Translations under genes and position numbers: made by a program
Shown: positions 16,321 through 25,129 of the stretch, in pieces
Position numbering within the stretch: position 1 is the stretch's first letter
How the letters are laid out: every line of letters begins with the position of its first letter
NCBI GenBank assembly: GCA_965116885.1
Contig: OZ220741.1
Coordinates: forward strand, 851,076-915,075
Source: Candidatus Latescibacterota bacterium
GTDB lineage: Bacteria > Latescibacterota > UBA2968
Direction: 5' to 3'
DNA: 64,000 bases
Notes under the pieces: model-generated
What the model was told of the DNA's origin: nothing
What the model saw: the letters and a program-made list of their open reading frames with translations, nothing else
Database searches by the model: none

Positions 16321-18240
16321 ATGAATCATCATCTACATTGCATTTATCTATTTCTCTTCTTCCTCGGATGCCTCGTCCCCGACCCGGGCCAGAACATATC
16401 CACCACATCCATATCCAGCACGCAAAAACAAGCACCTCAAACCCGTGCCCCCCTCAAAATCGACCCCGCCATACTCCAGAACCGCACCTTTAACGAAGCC
16501 CCCATGTTCACCGAACAGGTCAACCAGGGCAAACTCCCACCCGTCTCTGATCGACTGCCCGAAAATCCCCTCGTCATCGTGCCCCTTGAAGAAATTGGCA
16601 CCTACGGCGGCACGCTCAGACGCGCCCTCACCGGCGACATCGTACAAACCCCGGGACCCAACAAAACCCTCAACGAAAACCTCATGGGCTATGAACGCCC
16701 CTTTCCAAACAGCATCCAATACAACCTATGCGAGCACTTCACTTATGAGGACAGTGGCAAAGTCGCAATTTTCAAAATCCGCAAAGGCGTCAAATGGTCC
16801 GACGGCCACCCATTCACCGTTGACGACATCCTCTTCTGGTATTACGACATGACCTTTGATGACGACGCACGTCAAAACCCCTTTCCCCCAGCGGGATGGA
16901 TGGTAGATGGCAAACCCATGCGGCTCAAAAAAATCGACCCTCACACCCTCGAAATCTCATCACCCAAACCCCTGGGACGCGTACTCCACGAACTCAGCCG
17001 CGCTCTAATCGCCGCGCCAAAACACGTCCTGTCTCCCCTGCACCCCAAATACAATCCCAAAACCGATTACAACGCCTTTCGCGAAGCCACCACCAGCGCG
17101 CAATTGCTCATGCAGCCCGGCATTCCACGCATCTCTGCCTGGATCCCCGTCGAATGGATTCGGGGTCAGCGCATTATCTATGAGCGCAACCCCTACTACT
17201 GGAAAATAGATACAGCGGGCAATCAACTCCCTTATGCCGACCGCATCATCTTCAACGTCATCCAGGACCCCCAGGTAATCCTGCTAAAATTCATCAACGG
17301 CGAACTCGACCTGATCGGACGTTATACCCGCATCGACATGTTCCCCACCCTCAAAGTAAAAGAGAAAACCGGGAAATTCAATCTCCGAATCACCGGACCC
17401 AACAGAGGCCCTGCCTACCACCTCAACTGGGACGCGCCCAACCCCGCATTGCGAGAAGCTTTTCGCAACAAAAACGTCCGCATCGCGCTCTCACACGCTG
17501 TGAACCGCGAAGAAATTGACGAAATAGTCTTCCACGGCCTTCTCGATCCCTCGGGCTATTCATTTGGGCCTATAAGCCCTTATTTTTCTCCAGAAGCCTA
17601 CAAAAAATACGCCGAATACGACCCCGACAAAGCCAGACATCTTCTCGAACTCGAAGGCTATATCGACACCGATGGCGATGGCATCCGCGAATTCCGAAAC
17701 GGCTCTCGCTTTGAACTCACCATCGACTTCGTGCATCCCGGCGGCATGTTCAACGGCCAACCCGTCTCTGAACTGGTTGCCGATCACTGGCGAGCCGTGG
17801 GGATCAAAGTCAACCTCAACGGCGGCCTGCGCGACATCATTGTCCCTCGCCGCTACAACTGCGAATACGACGTTCACTACTGGGGCCTCGAAGGACCCAA
17901 CGCCCCCTTAACCTATCCCATTGGCTGGGCTATTCTGGCTAAAAACGTACCCTACTGGCATCAAAAAGCCTATGACGAAGGTCCTCCCTGGCTGCGCGAA
18001 GCCACCAAATACGTCCGACTGGCGATGACCACCGTCGATACGGCGCAACTCCGCACATACATGACCCGCGTGCGCGACCTCCACACGGAAAACGTCCCCA
18101 TCATCACCATCGGTTCCGCGTACCACGTCTGGGGAGCCAGCAGTCGCCTGGGCAATATCCCATATCAAAACGTGGCCGACAACGCCTTTCTGGGCTGGAG
18201 CCGGCCGGTATTTCACGAGCAGATATTTGTGAAAAAATGA
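16321..18240 (+). CDS. ABC transporter substrate-binding protein, family 5 (peptide/oligosaccharide type)
   Basis: About 640 aa. Signal peptide MNHHLHCIYLFLFFLGC, with typical family-5 length and motifs (GVKWSDGHPFTVDDILFWY, YERNPYYW). Confidence 0.8.
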   Translation: MNHHLHCIYLFLFFLGCLVPDPGQNISTTSISSTQKQAPQTRAPLKIDPAILQNRTFNEAPMFTEQVNQGKLPPVSDRLPENPLVIVPLEEIGTYGGTLRRALTGDIVQTPGPNKTLNENLMGYERPFPNSIQYNLCEHFTYEDSGKVAIFKIRKGVKWSDGHPFTVDDILFWYYDMTFDDDARQNPFPPAGWMVDGKPMRLKKIDPHTLEISSPKPLGRVLHELSRALIAAPKHVLSPLHPKYNPKTDYNAFREATTSAQLLMQPGIPRISAWIPVEWIRGQRIIYERNPYYWKIDTAGNQLPYADRIIFNVIQDPQVILLKFINGELDLIGRYTRIDMFPTLKVKEKTGKFNLRITGPNRGPAYHLNWDAPNPALREAFRNKNVRIALSHAVNREEIDEIVFHGLLDPSGYSFGPISPYFSPEAYKKYAEYDPDKARHLLELEGYIDTDGDGIREFRNGSRFELTIDFVHPGGMFNGQPVSELVADHWRAVGIKVNLNGGLRDIIVPRRYNCEYDVHYWGLEGPNAPLTYPIGWAILAKNVPYWHQKAYDEGPPWLREATKYVRLAMTTVDTAQLRTYMTRVRDLHTENVPIITIGSAYHVWGASSRLGNIPYQNVADNAFLGWSRPVFHEQIFVKK

Positions 18241-18245
18241 CACAC

Positions 18246-18267
18246 GGGACGGCCCCCGTGCCCGCCC
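18246..18267. repeat. REP-like palindromic element (divergent copy)
   Basis: gggacggcccccgtgcccgccc between convergent genes. Confidence 0.55.
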
Positions 18268-18278
18268 ACTGATCGTAA

Positions 18279-19100
18279 TTACAAAAAAGACCTCAGAAAA
18301 TTCGCCGACCGGATCGCGGCTTCATCGGGTGGCAGATCGCCGCCAAAGGCGTGATGCAGCGTTACATAACCGCGGTAATCGATGCTGTGCAACCCATCAA
18401 AAACTTTCTGAAAATCTATGCCGCCAGATTCATCGAGTGGTCGCAAAGTGGAATAAACCGTACCGCGCACCCAGGTAGTCATAGGCATATCGCCATTGGG
18501 ATCCGGGACGTGATTTTGCAAATAAACATTAAAGAGATACGGTGCAAAGCATTTGAGGGTATCGGAACCGTAGTCTTCCCCACACAGAGCCAGATTAGCA
18601 GGCTCGTAAATAATCCCAAAATTCGGTCGGTCAATACTCTGAAGTGCCTCAATCGATCCCGCAACAGTCTCAAAAAGACTCTGGGTATGAGATTGATGTG
18701 CCAGACGTATATCCCGCTCGGCTGCCTCGTCGGCTGCGCGCTGGGCGTGCGCGATATCTGCATCGGTCTTAATACAGATGCGCAGCAAATCGCAACCAAG
18801 TGCATCTGCCAGATCGAGATGCGGGGTAATATTGCGCAAACTCTCCGGTCCCTCGGCGCCATTCTCGGGTATGGCAAAATCGCCGGTTGCCATTGAAACC
18901 GCGAGATTGTGCCGCTTCAAAATACGTTGCACTTCAACAATGCGTTCGGGTGGACTGTGCGCACCCACGCCCGATGCGCGCATGCAAAGTGCTTTATAAC
19001 CTGCGCTTTGGGCAATCTCCGCGAGATCGGGCAGAGCAATTGTCAAATTGCGTTTATTGCGAAAGCTTTCTGCCACGCGGACTGAAAGAGAAAGTTGCAT
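18279..19100 (-). CDS. Sugar phosphate isomerase/epimerase (xylose isomerase-like TIM barrel)
   Basis: The general family pattern is recognisable (…YKALCMRAS…, …IRLAHQSHTQSL…, …IYEPANL…). Start taken at ATG 19100; the longest ORF begins with TTG at 19136. Confidence 0.65.
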   Translation of the reverse strand: MQLSLSVRVAESFRNKRNLTIALPDLAEIAQSAGYKALCMRASGVGAHSPPERIVEVQRILKRHNLAVSMATGDFAIPENGAEGPESLRNITPHLDLADALGCDLLRICIKTDADIAHAQRAADEAAERDIRLAHQSHTQSLFETVAGSIEALQSIDRPNFGIIYEPANLALCGEDYGSDTLKCFAPYLFNVYLQNHVPDPNGDMPMTTWVRGTVYSTLRPLDESGGIDFQKVFDGLHSIDYRGYVTLHHAFGGDLPPDEAAIRSANFLRSFL

Positions 19101-19198
19101 CGCAATCCCCAAACGAGTACGAGGTAAAAATTTCAACTTGCATCCGATAAAATTTTAACTATTCTTACCCTTATCACATATTTTTCCTTGCCGCTGCG

Positions 19199-19870
19199 AT
19201 GGAAGGTAATATCATGATAGAAATGCAGGTTGTAGATTTGCGTCAAGAGCATTCAAACCAGAACGTGGTATGGCTGCAAAGTGTTGAGGGCAGTGTAATG
19301 GTACCCATTGAAATTGGACATACCGAATATCGATCTATTCAGGCAGAACTGGCAGGTGAATCCATGCCGCGACCTCTTGCTTATGATTTGATGTGTGCAG
19401 TGTTGGCACATTTTGATGCCGAAATTGAACAGGTGCAGATTGTCGAATTGAAAGATCAGATTTTCTACGCCGAACTCATCCTCTTTGCCCGGGGTGAACA
19501 AGTGCGTTTAGACGCCCGTCCCAGTGATAGCATCGTACTCGCACTCAAATTTGGCGCACCCATCTACATGGATCCCAAAATTATTCAACAAGTGGGATTC
19601 AAAGTCCGCCGCACCGAATACGGTTATGAACTTGAGCAATTGAATCCACCCCAGGAACAAGACATTCTTGAAGAACCTGTTCTGGACATCGCGCAAGCAG
19701 CCGATCAGCCACTGGAAGGCGTTGATTTTCAGGGACAGGATATCGATCCGGAAGAACTGTTAAAAATTTTGAAAGAGCAGATGAACAAAGCGGTTAAAGA
19801 AGAGCGGTATGAAGATGCGGGAATAATTCGAGATGAAATTGAGCGGATAGAAGAGAAAAGTGAGATGTAG
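19199..19870 (+). CDS. Bifunctional nuclease family protein (DUF151) with C-terminal UVR motif
   Basis: VPIEIGHTEYRSIQAELAGESMPRPLAYDLM...FYAELILF...LDARPSDSIVLALKFGAPIYM matches the BFN/DUF151 core. KEERYEDAGIIRDEIERIE is UVR-like. ATG 19214 is an alternative start. Confidence 0.8.
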   Translation: MEGNIMIEMQVVDLRQEHSNQNVVWLQSVEGSVMVPIEIGHTEYRSIQAELAGESMPRPLAYDLMCAVLAHFDAEIEQVQIVELKDQIFYAELILFARGEQVRLDARPSDSIVLALKFGAPIYMDPKIIQQVGFKVRRTEYGYELEQLNPPQEQDILEEPVLDIAQAADQPLEGVDFQGQDIDPEELLKILKEQMNKAVKEERYEDAGIIRDEIERIEEKSEM

Positions 19871-19893
19871 GGGCGAGGCATGCCTCGCCCGCC
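19867..19893. repeat. REP-like palindromic element (variant)
   Basis: gtaggggcgaggcatgcctcgcccgcc. Its TAG (19868-19870) is the stop codon of the preceding gene. Confidence 0.7.
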
Positions 19894-19901
19894 AATTTCC
19901 C

Positions 19902-19929
19902 GTAGGGGCGACCCCCTGTGGTCGCCCGC
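19902..19929. repeat. REP element, subfamily A
   Basis: gtaggggcgaccccctgtggtcgcccgc, identical to the copies at 42364 and 58577. 8-bp stem gggcgacc/ggtcgccc. Confidence 0.9.
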
Positions 19930-19959
19930 GCTCGGGTAGGGTGGTCATCTCGCCGCCTT

Positions 19960-20724
19960 TTAAACAGGCAGCAACACGGTGCTGTGCGCCTCGACATGAC
20001 CGATGTTCTCGTCAATTTCGCCGCAGTTCATCATCCCAACAGTAATGGCGTCAATCGCTGGAATATCGAGAACGTAGTGGATGGCATCGCGTGCGGGCAA
20101 GTCGCCGCGGCCCACGACTTTCATCCCATAAACACCGATATCATTGGCATCCATCTCTTCCAGAATGGGAACGACGCGCTCGGGCGGACCATCCATATTC
20201 TTCCCGGCGTAATTGATCCGCGCCAAAACAACATCGACCCATGGGGTAATAGCTGCTTGCTCGAAGGCATCGATATCGTGACAGGAAACACCATGTGCGC
20301 GAATGATGCCTTTTTGCTTTTTATCGGCGAGAACATCCATAACGCCTCGATAGGAACTGGGCCAGTCTTCATCTGTCAGGCAGTGCATAAGAACAACATC
20401 GATATAATCCGTGTTTAATTCGCTCAAAATGCGATCCATATCGCGCTCTGCCTCCCGTGCTGTTGTCGCGCGAATTTTGGATGTAATAACAACCCGCTCG
20501 CGATCGATATGCTCCAATGCACCTGCAAGATGGACATGACTGCCGTATTGATCGGCACTATCCCAAAATGTGATGCCTCGTTCAAAGCCATAGATAAGCA
20601 AGTCAGTAAGCGCTTGTGTTCCCAGATCCGTCTGATTGGAACGCCCGCCCCAGCCATTGGTACCAGTACCAAAACTGAGTTGCGAGACCAATATACCGGT
20701 GGTGCCGAGTTCGACGGTTTTCAC
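19960..20724 (-). CDS. Aldo/keto reductase
   Basis: LGTTGILVSQLSFGT..., WDSADQYG and the overall 254-aa layout. Confidence 0.75.
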   Translation of the reverse strand: MKTVELGTTGILVSQLSFGTGTNGWGGRSNQTDLGTQALTDLLIYGFERGITFWDSADQYGSHVHLAGALEHIDRERVVITSKIRATTAREAERDMDRILSELNTDYIDVVLMHCLTDEDWPSSYRGVMDVLADKKQKGIIRAHGVSCHDIDAFEQAAITPWVDVVLARINYAGKNMDGPPERVVPILEEMDANDIGVYGMKVVGRGDLPARDAIHYVLDIPAIDAITVGMMNCGEIDENIGHVEAHSTVLLPV

Positions 20725-20846
20725 GGTAAGCTCCTTTCCCTTCTTCTGTATTTTCTCCTACAATTTTTAGTATATTAAAGCACAGTTTTACATCCGTCAA
20801 TGGATTTTGGTCCCTCTCCCTTGAGGGAGAAAGGAATATTACCACC

Positions 20847-21887
20847 ATGAGATTGGGGCTAATTGGATTGCCGCAGGTCGGTAAAAAAACGCTATTCCGC
20901 TTACTAACCGGGCACACAGGTGAAATGGGTCAGGCAAAGGTGCGGGATGAGCGGTTTGACCGGCTCGTGGAAATGTACAAACCCGCACGCGAAGTACCTG
21001 CGGAAATGGCATTTGTGCTATTGCCCGACCTGGACACACAGGCCGACCGCAACATATCTGTCTTTCAAGACCTCGAGCGAGTAGATGTCATCTGCTTCCT
21101 CGCCCGGGTATTTGAAAACGACACCGTCTTTCACATTGCGGGCGACATAGATGCCAAACGCGACATACGGACTTTCTGGGAAGAATTATTGCTCGCCGAC
21201 CTGATCTTTGTAGAAAAGCGACTGGAGCGAATAGCACAAGACCGGCACACAAAAGACAGGCTGCGAATAGAGCAAGAAAAGGACTTAATGACGCGCATGC
21301 AGGCGCATCTGGAAGCCGGAAACCCCCTGCGCCAGTTTCCCCTGGCCTCGGACGAAGTAAAACTGACATCCAGTTATCCCTTCTTAACCACCAAAGCAGT
21401 GATCGTAGTACTGAACACGGGTGAAGACCAGATCGGCGACGATGCGATCGTAGATGAAATAGCTGCTGATTTTGCCGACTGTGGTTTTGAATGGATCGCG
21501 ATCTCCGCTCAAATCGAAGAAGAAATCTCCCTGCTCGACGACGAAACACGCGAAGAATTTCTCGCCGATCTCGGCATTGAACAACCCGCACTGGATCGGC
21601 TCACCTTATTGTGTTATGAAACCCTCGGATTGATCTCATTTTTCACAGTGATCAACGACGAAGTACACGCCTGGACGATTCCGAGAGGCACCCTATCACC
21701 GCAGGCGGGCGGCGCAGTTCACGGAGACATCGAGCGGGGCTTCATCCGGGCTGAAGTCATGCGCTACGAAGACTTAATCGCATTGGGAGACGAGCAAAAA
21801 GTAAAAGCGGCGGGCAAGCTCATGGTCAAAGGAAAAGACGCAGAGATCTTTGATGGCGATGTAATACACTTCTTGTTCAAGGTTTGA
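20847..21887 (+). CDS. YchF/OLA1-like P-loop protein with degenerate G2/G3 motifs
   Basis: GLIGLPQVGKKT (G1), LNTGED (NxxE, as in YchF) and the C-terminal TGS-like domain AWTIPRGTLSPQAGGAVHGDIERGFIRAEV...GDVIHFLFKV. See findings for the degenerate motifs. Confidence 0.75.
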   Translation: MRLGLIGLPQVGKKTLFRLLTGHTGEMGQAKVRDERFDRLVEMYKPAREVPAEMAFVLLPDLDTQADRNISVFQDLERVDVICFLARVFENDTVFHIAGDIDAKRDIRTFWEELLLADLIFVEKRLERIAQDRHTKDRLRIEQEKDLMTRMQAHLEAGNPLRQFPLASDEVKLTSSYPFLTTKAVIVVLNTGEDQIGDDAIVDEIAADFADCGFEWIAISAQIEEEISLLDDETREEFLADLGIEQPALDRLTLLCYETLGLISFFTVINDEVHAWTIPRGTLSPQAGGAVHGDIERGFIRAEVMRYEDLIALGDEQKVKAAGKLMVKGKDAEIFDGDVIHFLFKV

Positions 21888-21995
21888 AGCTACGTGCGCA
21901 GCGTTTTAGTCGTTATTTTCTTTACACGCAAAGCCTTTTTACATATTATTTTACGCTCTATAAAGATCCGTTTCACCACAACAGGAGATCGCATT

Positions 21996-22280
21996 ATGGC
22001 CGCTAAAATCTCGGAAATATTCACCGAATACGAAGAAGCGAACAAAGACCTGGAGCCTACGACCAGTAAGTTTGATACCGAACAAGAAATCCCAGTAGAA
22101 AAATATTGCTGTATCACGGGCGAAGCGGTAAAATCGAGCTTTTGCCGTTATCCCGACGAAAAAGAAGACACCATGATGGTCATGTCAAAAGAGCAGATGC
22201 TATTGCACTCCCGCAATGGTGGAAATATTTCAGAAATATTTAAACAAGTACTGGCACTTCGCAGAAAACGAGAAAAGTAG
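21996..22280 (+). CDS. Small hypothetical protein (94 aa)
   Basis: AGGAGA RBS before ATG 21996, in an AT-rich stretch. Contains ISEIF twice. No family recognised. Confidence 0.4.
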   Translation: MAAKISEIFTEYEEANKDLEPTTSKFDTEQEIPVEKYCCITGEAVKSSFCRYPDEKEDTMMVMSKEQMLLHSRNGGNISEIFKQVLALRRKREK

Positions 22281-22323
22281 GCGACGCCCCATCGCGGTAT
22301 CCATCCCTCTATCCCTTTCGAGA

Positions 22324-23208
22324 ATGCGCGTGAAAGACGGCGTTTTGAAATACGGCTTTGTGGGTCCGGCACTGATCTTTCTGATCGCGTTCAACATCTT
22401 TCCCCTCTTCTACAACATCTACCTCAGCTTCACCGATGCCGAACTCAGTGGTGGTGTGGCACAGCTCATAGGGGGGCGCAACTACGGCGTCATCTTTGAC
22501 GACACCCGCTATGGCACAGCCCTTCGCACAACCGGCCTATTCGTAGTTCTGGCAGTCGCAACTGAACTCCTTCTCGGCTTCGCCCTTGCCCTCGCCCTTC
22601 AAAAACCCTTCTGGGGCAAACCCGCCATCACCACCATACTCCTGGTACCCATGATGCTATCCCCCGCAGTCATGGGCCTGTACTGGAACTTTATTCTCAA
22701 TGGTCATTACGGCGTCGTCAATCAAGCACTATCTGTCTTTGGCCTCTACCAACCGCAATGGCTAACCGACCCCGACTTAAAACTCTTCTCCATCCTGATG
22801 ATCGACATCTGGATGTGGACACCATTTATGATGCTCATCGCACTCGCCGGCCTCAACGCCATACCCAATCACCTCTACGAAGCCGCGGCCATTGATCGAG
22901 CATCCAGATGGACCGTCTTTCGGCGCATTACCCTTCCCCTGTGCTCACCCCTCCTCTTTCTCGCAGTCCTGCTGCGCACCACAGATGCCCTCAAACAATT
23001 TGACCTCGTCATGGCTGTCACGGGACCCAATGACCGCGCGACCCAAACATTGAGTGCCCTCCTCTATCAAGTCATGTTTCGCGGATATAAAATTGGGCTG
23101 GGCAGCTCTTATAGCATCGTCATTCTCCTCATCGTCATCGCGCTCGCAACTATTTTCATCCGATACATCGCTGGCATCCAGGCAAAACAGGGGAGGGAAA
23201 GCGCGTGA
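22324..23208 (+). CDS. ABC transporter permease (carbohydrate CUT1 type, MalF-like)
   Basis: Multi-TM protein with EAA loop EAAAIDRASRWTVFRRITLP. Start taken at ATG 22324. Confidence 0.85.
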   Translation: MRVKDGVLKYGFVGPALIFLIAFNIFPLFYNIYLSFTDAELSGGVAQLIGGRNYGVIFDDTRYGTALRTTGLFVVLAVATELLLGFALALALQKPFWGKPAITTILLVPMMLSPAVMGLYWNFILNGHYGVVNQALSVFGLYQPQWLTDPDLKLFSILMIDIWMWTPFMMLIALAGLNAIPNHLYEAAAIDRASRWTVFRRITLPLCSPLLFLAVLLRTTDALKQFDLVMAVTGPNDRATQTLSALLYQVMFRGYKIGLGSSYSIVILLIVIALATIFIRYIAGIQAKQGRESA

Positions 23209-24068
23209 AGAACTTGAGATGGCTCGTCATCATCCCGTATTTTTGTCTCGCCACACTCCCCCTGTGCTGGCTATTTCTCACCTCCCTGAAAACGCAGGAA
23301 GCGGCGATCAGCGCCACAGCCTCTCTCATACCAACCCCCGCAGAAAACATCGCCCCCGGAGGCCTGAGTTTCTCAGCCACATTGGACGCCTATCGCAAAC
23401 TGGCAACACCACATACGGGCAAAGCACACGCATTTTTTCACTACCTCTTAAACAGCGTCATCATCGGCCTGCTCAGCACCCTGACATCGGTCGTCCTCGG
23501 AACGGGCTGCGCGTATGGATTTAGCCGATTTCGCATCGCAGGTGCGCGGGATTGGCTATTCTTCATCCTCTCGACCCGCTTCCTGCCCCCGCTTGCCGTC
23601 GTGGTCCCCGTACTGATGATGTACCGCGTCTTTGATCTGCCCAATACACACCTGGGCCTCATCCTCCTCTACACGGCATTTAACCTCTCCCTCGCGGTCT
23701 GGCTAATGAAGGGATTCATAGACGAAATCCCCCGAGCGTATGAAGAGGCCGCGCTCGTCGATGGATACAGCCCATTTCAAGCATTTTACAAAATCATCTT
23801 ACCCCACTCTGCAACCGGCATGGCTGTTACCGCCGTCTTCTGCCTCATATCCGCCTGGAATGAATACGGCTTCGCGCTCGCGCTCAACAACGCCGAAGCC
23901 GTAACCGTACCCGTCTATTTTGCCGGACTTCAGGGCAATATCCAGGGCATCCCCTGGCCGCAAATTGCCGCAGGCGTCCTCATCTTTGTCGTGCCAATAG
24001 TAATCTTCACAGTACTCGTCCGCAACCATCTGCTGCGGGGCGTGACATTTGGAACGATTAAACAGTAA
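23205..24068 (+). CDS. ABC transporter permease (carbohydrate CUT1 type, MalG-like)
   Basis: EAA loop EEAALVDGYSPFQAFYKIILP. 4-nt overlap with the upstream permease gene. Confidence 0.85.
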   Translation: MKNLRWLVIIPYFCLATLPLCWLFLTSLKTQEAAISATASLIPTPAENIAPGGLSFSATLDAYRKLATPHTGKAHAFFHYLLNSVIIGLLSTLTSVVLGTGCAYGFSRFRIAGARDWLFFILSTRFLPPLAVVVPVLMMYRVFDLPNTHLGLILLYTAFNLSLAVWLMKGFIDEIPRAYEEAALVDGYSPFQAFYKIILPHSATGMAVTAVFCLISAWNEYGFALALNNAEAVTVPVYFAGLQGNIQGIPWPQIAAGVLIFVVPIVIFTVLVRNHLLRGVTFGTIKQ

Positions 24069-25129
24069 TGATGCCATTTCTCGAACTTCAAAACCTCCAG
24101 AAAACCTACCCCGACGGCACGCGGGCAGTCAGGGGTATTGACCTGCGTGTTGACAAAGGGGAATTTATCGTCCTCCTGGGTCCCTCGGGATGTGGAAAAA
24201 CAACCACATTGCGGATGATCGCGGGACTGGAGGATCCAACGGGCGGACGGATCACATTCGACAATCAAAACGTCACGCACCTGCCGCCATCTCAACGCGA
24301 CATAGGATTTGTCTTCCAGTTTTACGCCCTCTACCCGCACATGACCGTCCGCAAAAACATCGCATTTCCACTCGAGAACATCGGCACATCCTCCGCAGAT
24401 ACCGAAGCGGCAATAGACCGCGTAGCGCACGCCCTAAGTATCGAAACATTGCTCGACCAATACCCCAGACAACTTTCAGGTGGCGATCAACAGCGCGTCT
24501 CCCTCGCCCGGGCAATGGTACGCACACCGGATATCTATCTCATGGACGAACCCCTGGGCACACTCGACGCAGAACACCGACTGGAACTCAGAGCATTTAT
24601 ACGCCGCCAACAACTGGCCCTCTCCATAACCGCCATCTACGTCACACACGACCAGGAAGAAGCCATGAGCCTGGCGGATCGCATTGCCGTCATGGACAAC
24701 GGCAAAATCAGACAAATCGGATCCCCATCAGAAATTTACAACCATCCCGCAGACCTCTTTGTCGCAAACTTCGTCGGCAGCCCGGGCATGAATCTATTAA
24801 CCGGACAAATCGTGCAAAACGGGGACAATCTAACTTTCACCCACCCGGATACAGACATTCACATCCCCATCCGCGCGAACATCGCGCCCGCGCAAGTCAT
24901 CTTTGGCATGCGCCCGGAATTTATCCGCCCCGCCAACCGCGGCATCCCGGGCAAAGTCATCCTCAGCGAATACCTCGGCAGCCACGGTTACGTACATGTC
25001 GATACCCCAATAGGCGAACTAATCATGCGCTCAACCGACCGCTTCGCCATCGGAGAAAAAATCCATCTACACCTGAATGAGACACATATCCGTCTGTTCG
25101 ATCCAGATACGGAAACCGCCCTCGTATGA
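24068..25129 (+). CDS. ABC transporter ATP-binding protein (MalK/UgpC-like)
   Basis: GPSGCGKTT, LSGGDQQRVSLARA, IYLMDEPLGTLD, YVTHD, plus a C-terminal regulatory-type domain. Confidence 0.9.
   Translation: MMPFLELQNLQKTYPDGTRAVRGIDLRVDKGEFIVLLGPSGCGKTTTLRMIAGLEDPTGGRITFDNQNVTHLPPSQRDIGFVFQFYALYPHMTVRKNIAFPLENIGTSSADTEAAIDRVAHALSIETLLDQYPRQLSGGDQQRVSLARAMVRTPDIYLMDEPLGTLDAEHRLELRAFIRRQQLALSITAIYVTHDQEEAMSLADRIAVMDNGKIRQIGSPSEIYNHPADLFVANFVGSPGMNLLTGQIVQNGDNLTFTHPDTDIHIPIRANIAPAQVIFGMRPEFIRPANRGIPGKVILSEYLGSHGYVHVDTPIGELIMRSTDRFAIGEKIHLHLNETHIRLFDPDTETALV

Noticed and set aside
20797-20826. Short hairpin ggtCCCTCTcccttGAGGGAgaaagg just upstream of the YchF-like gene, considered as a regulatory element.
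   Set aside because: It has only a 6-bp stem overlapping the likely RBS region, with no conservation evidence available.
24190-25080. 296-aa ORF in an alternative plus-strand frame inside the first ABC ATPase gene.
   Set aside because: It is an Arg/Pro/His-rich nonsense-like translation. The overlapping frame encodes a complete, motif-perfect ABC ATPase.
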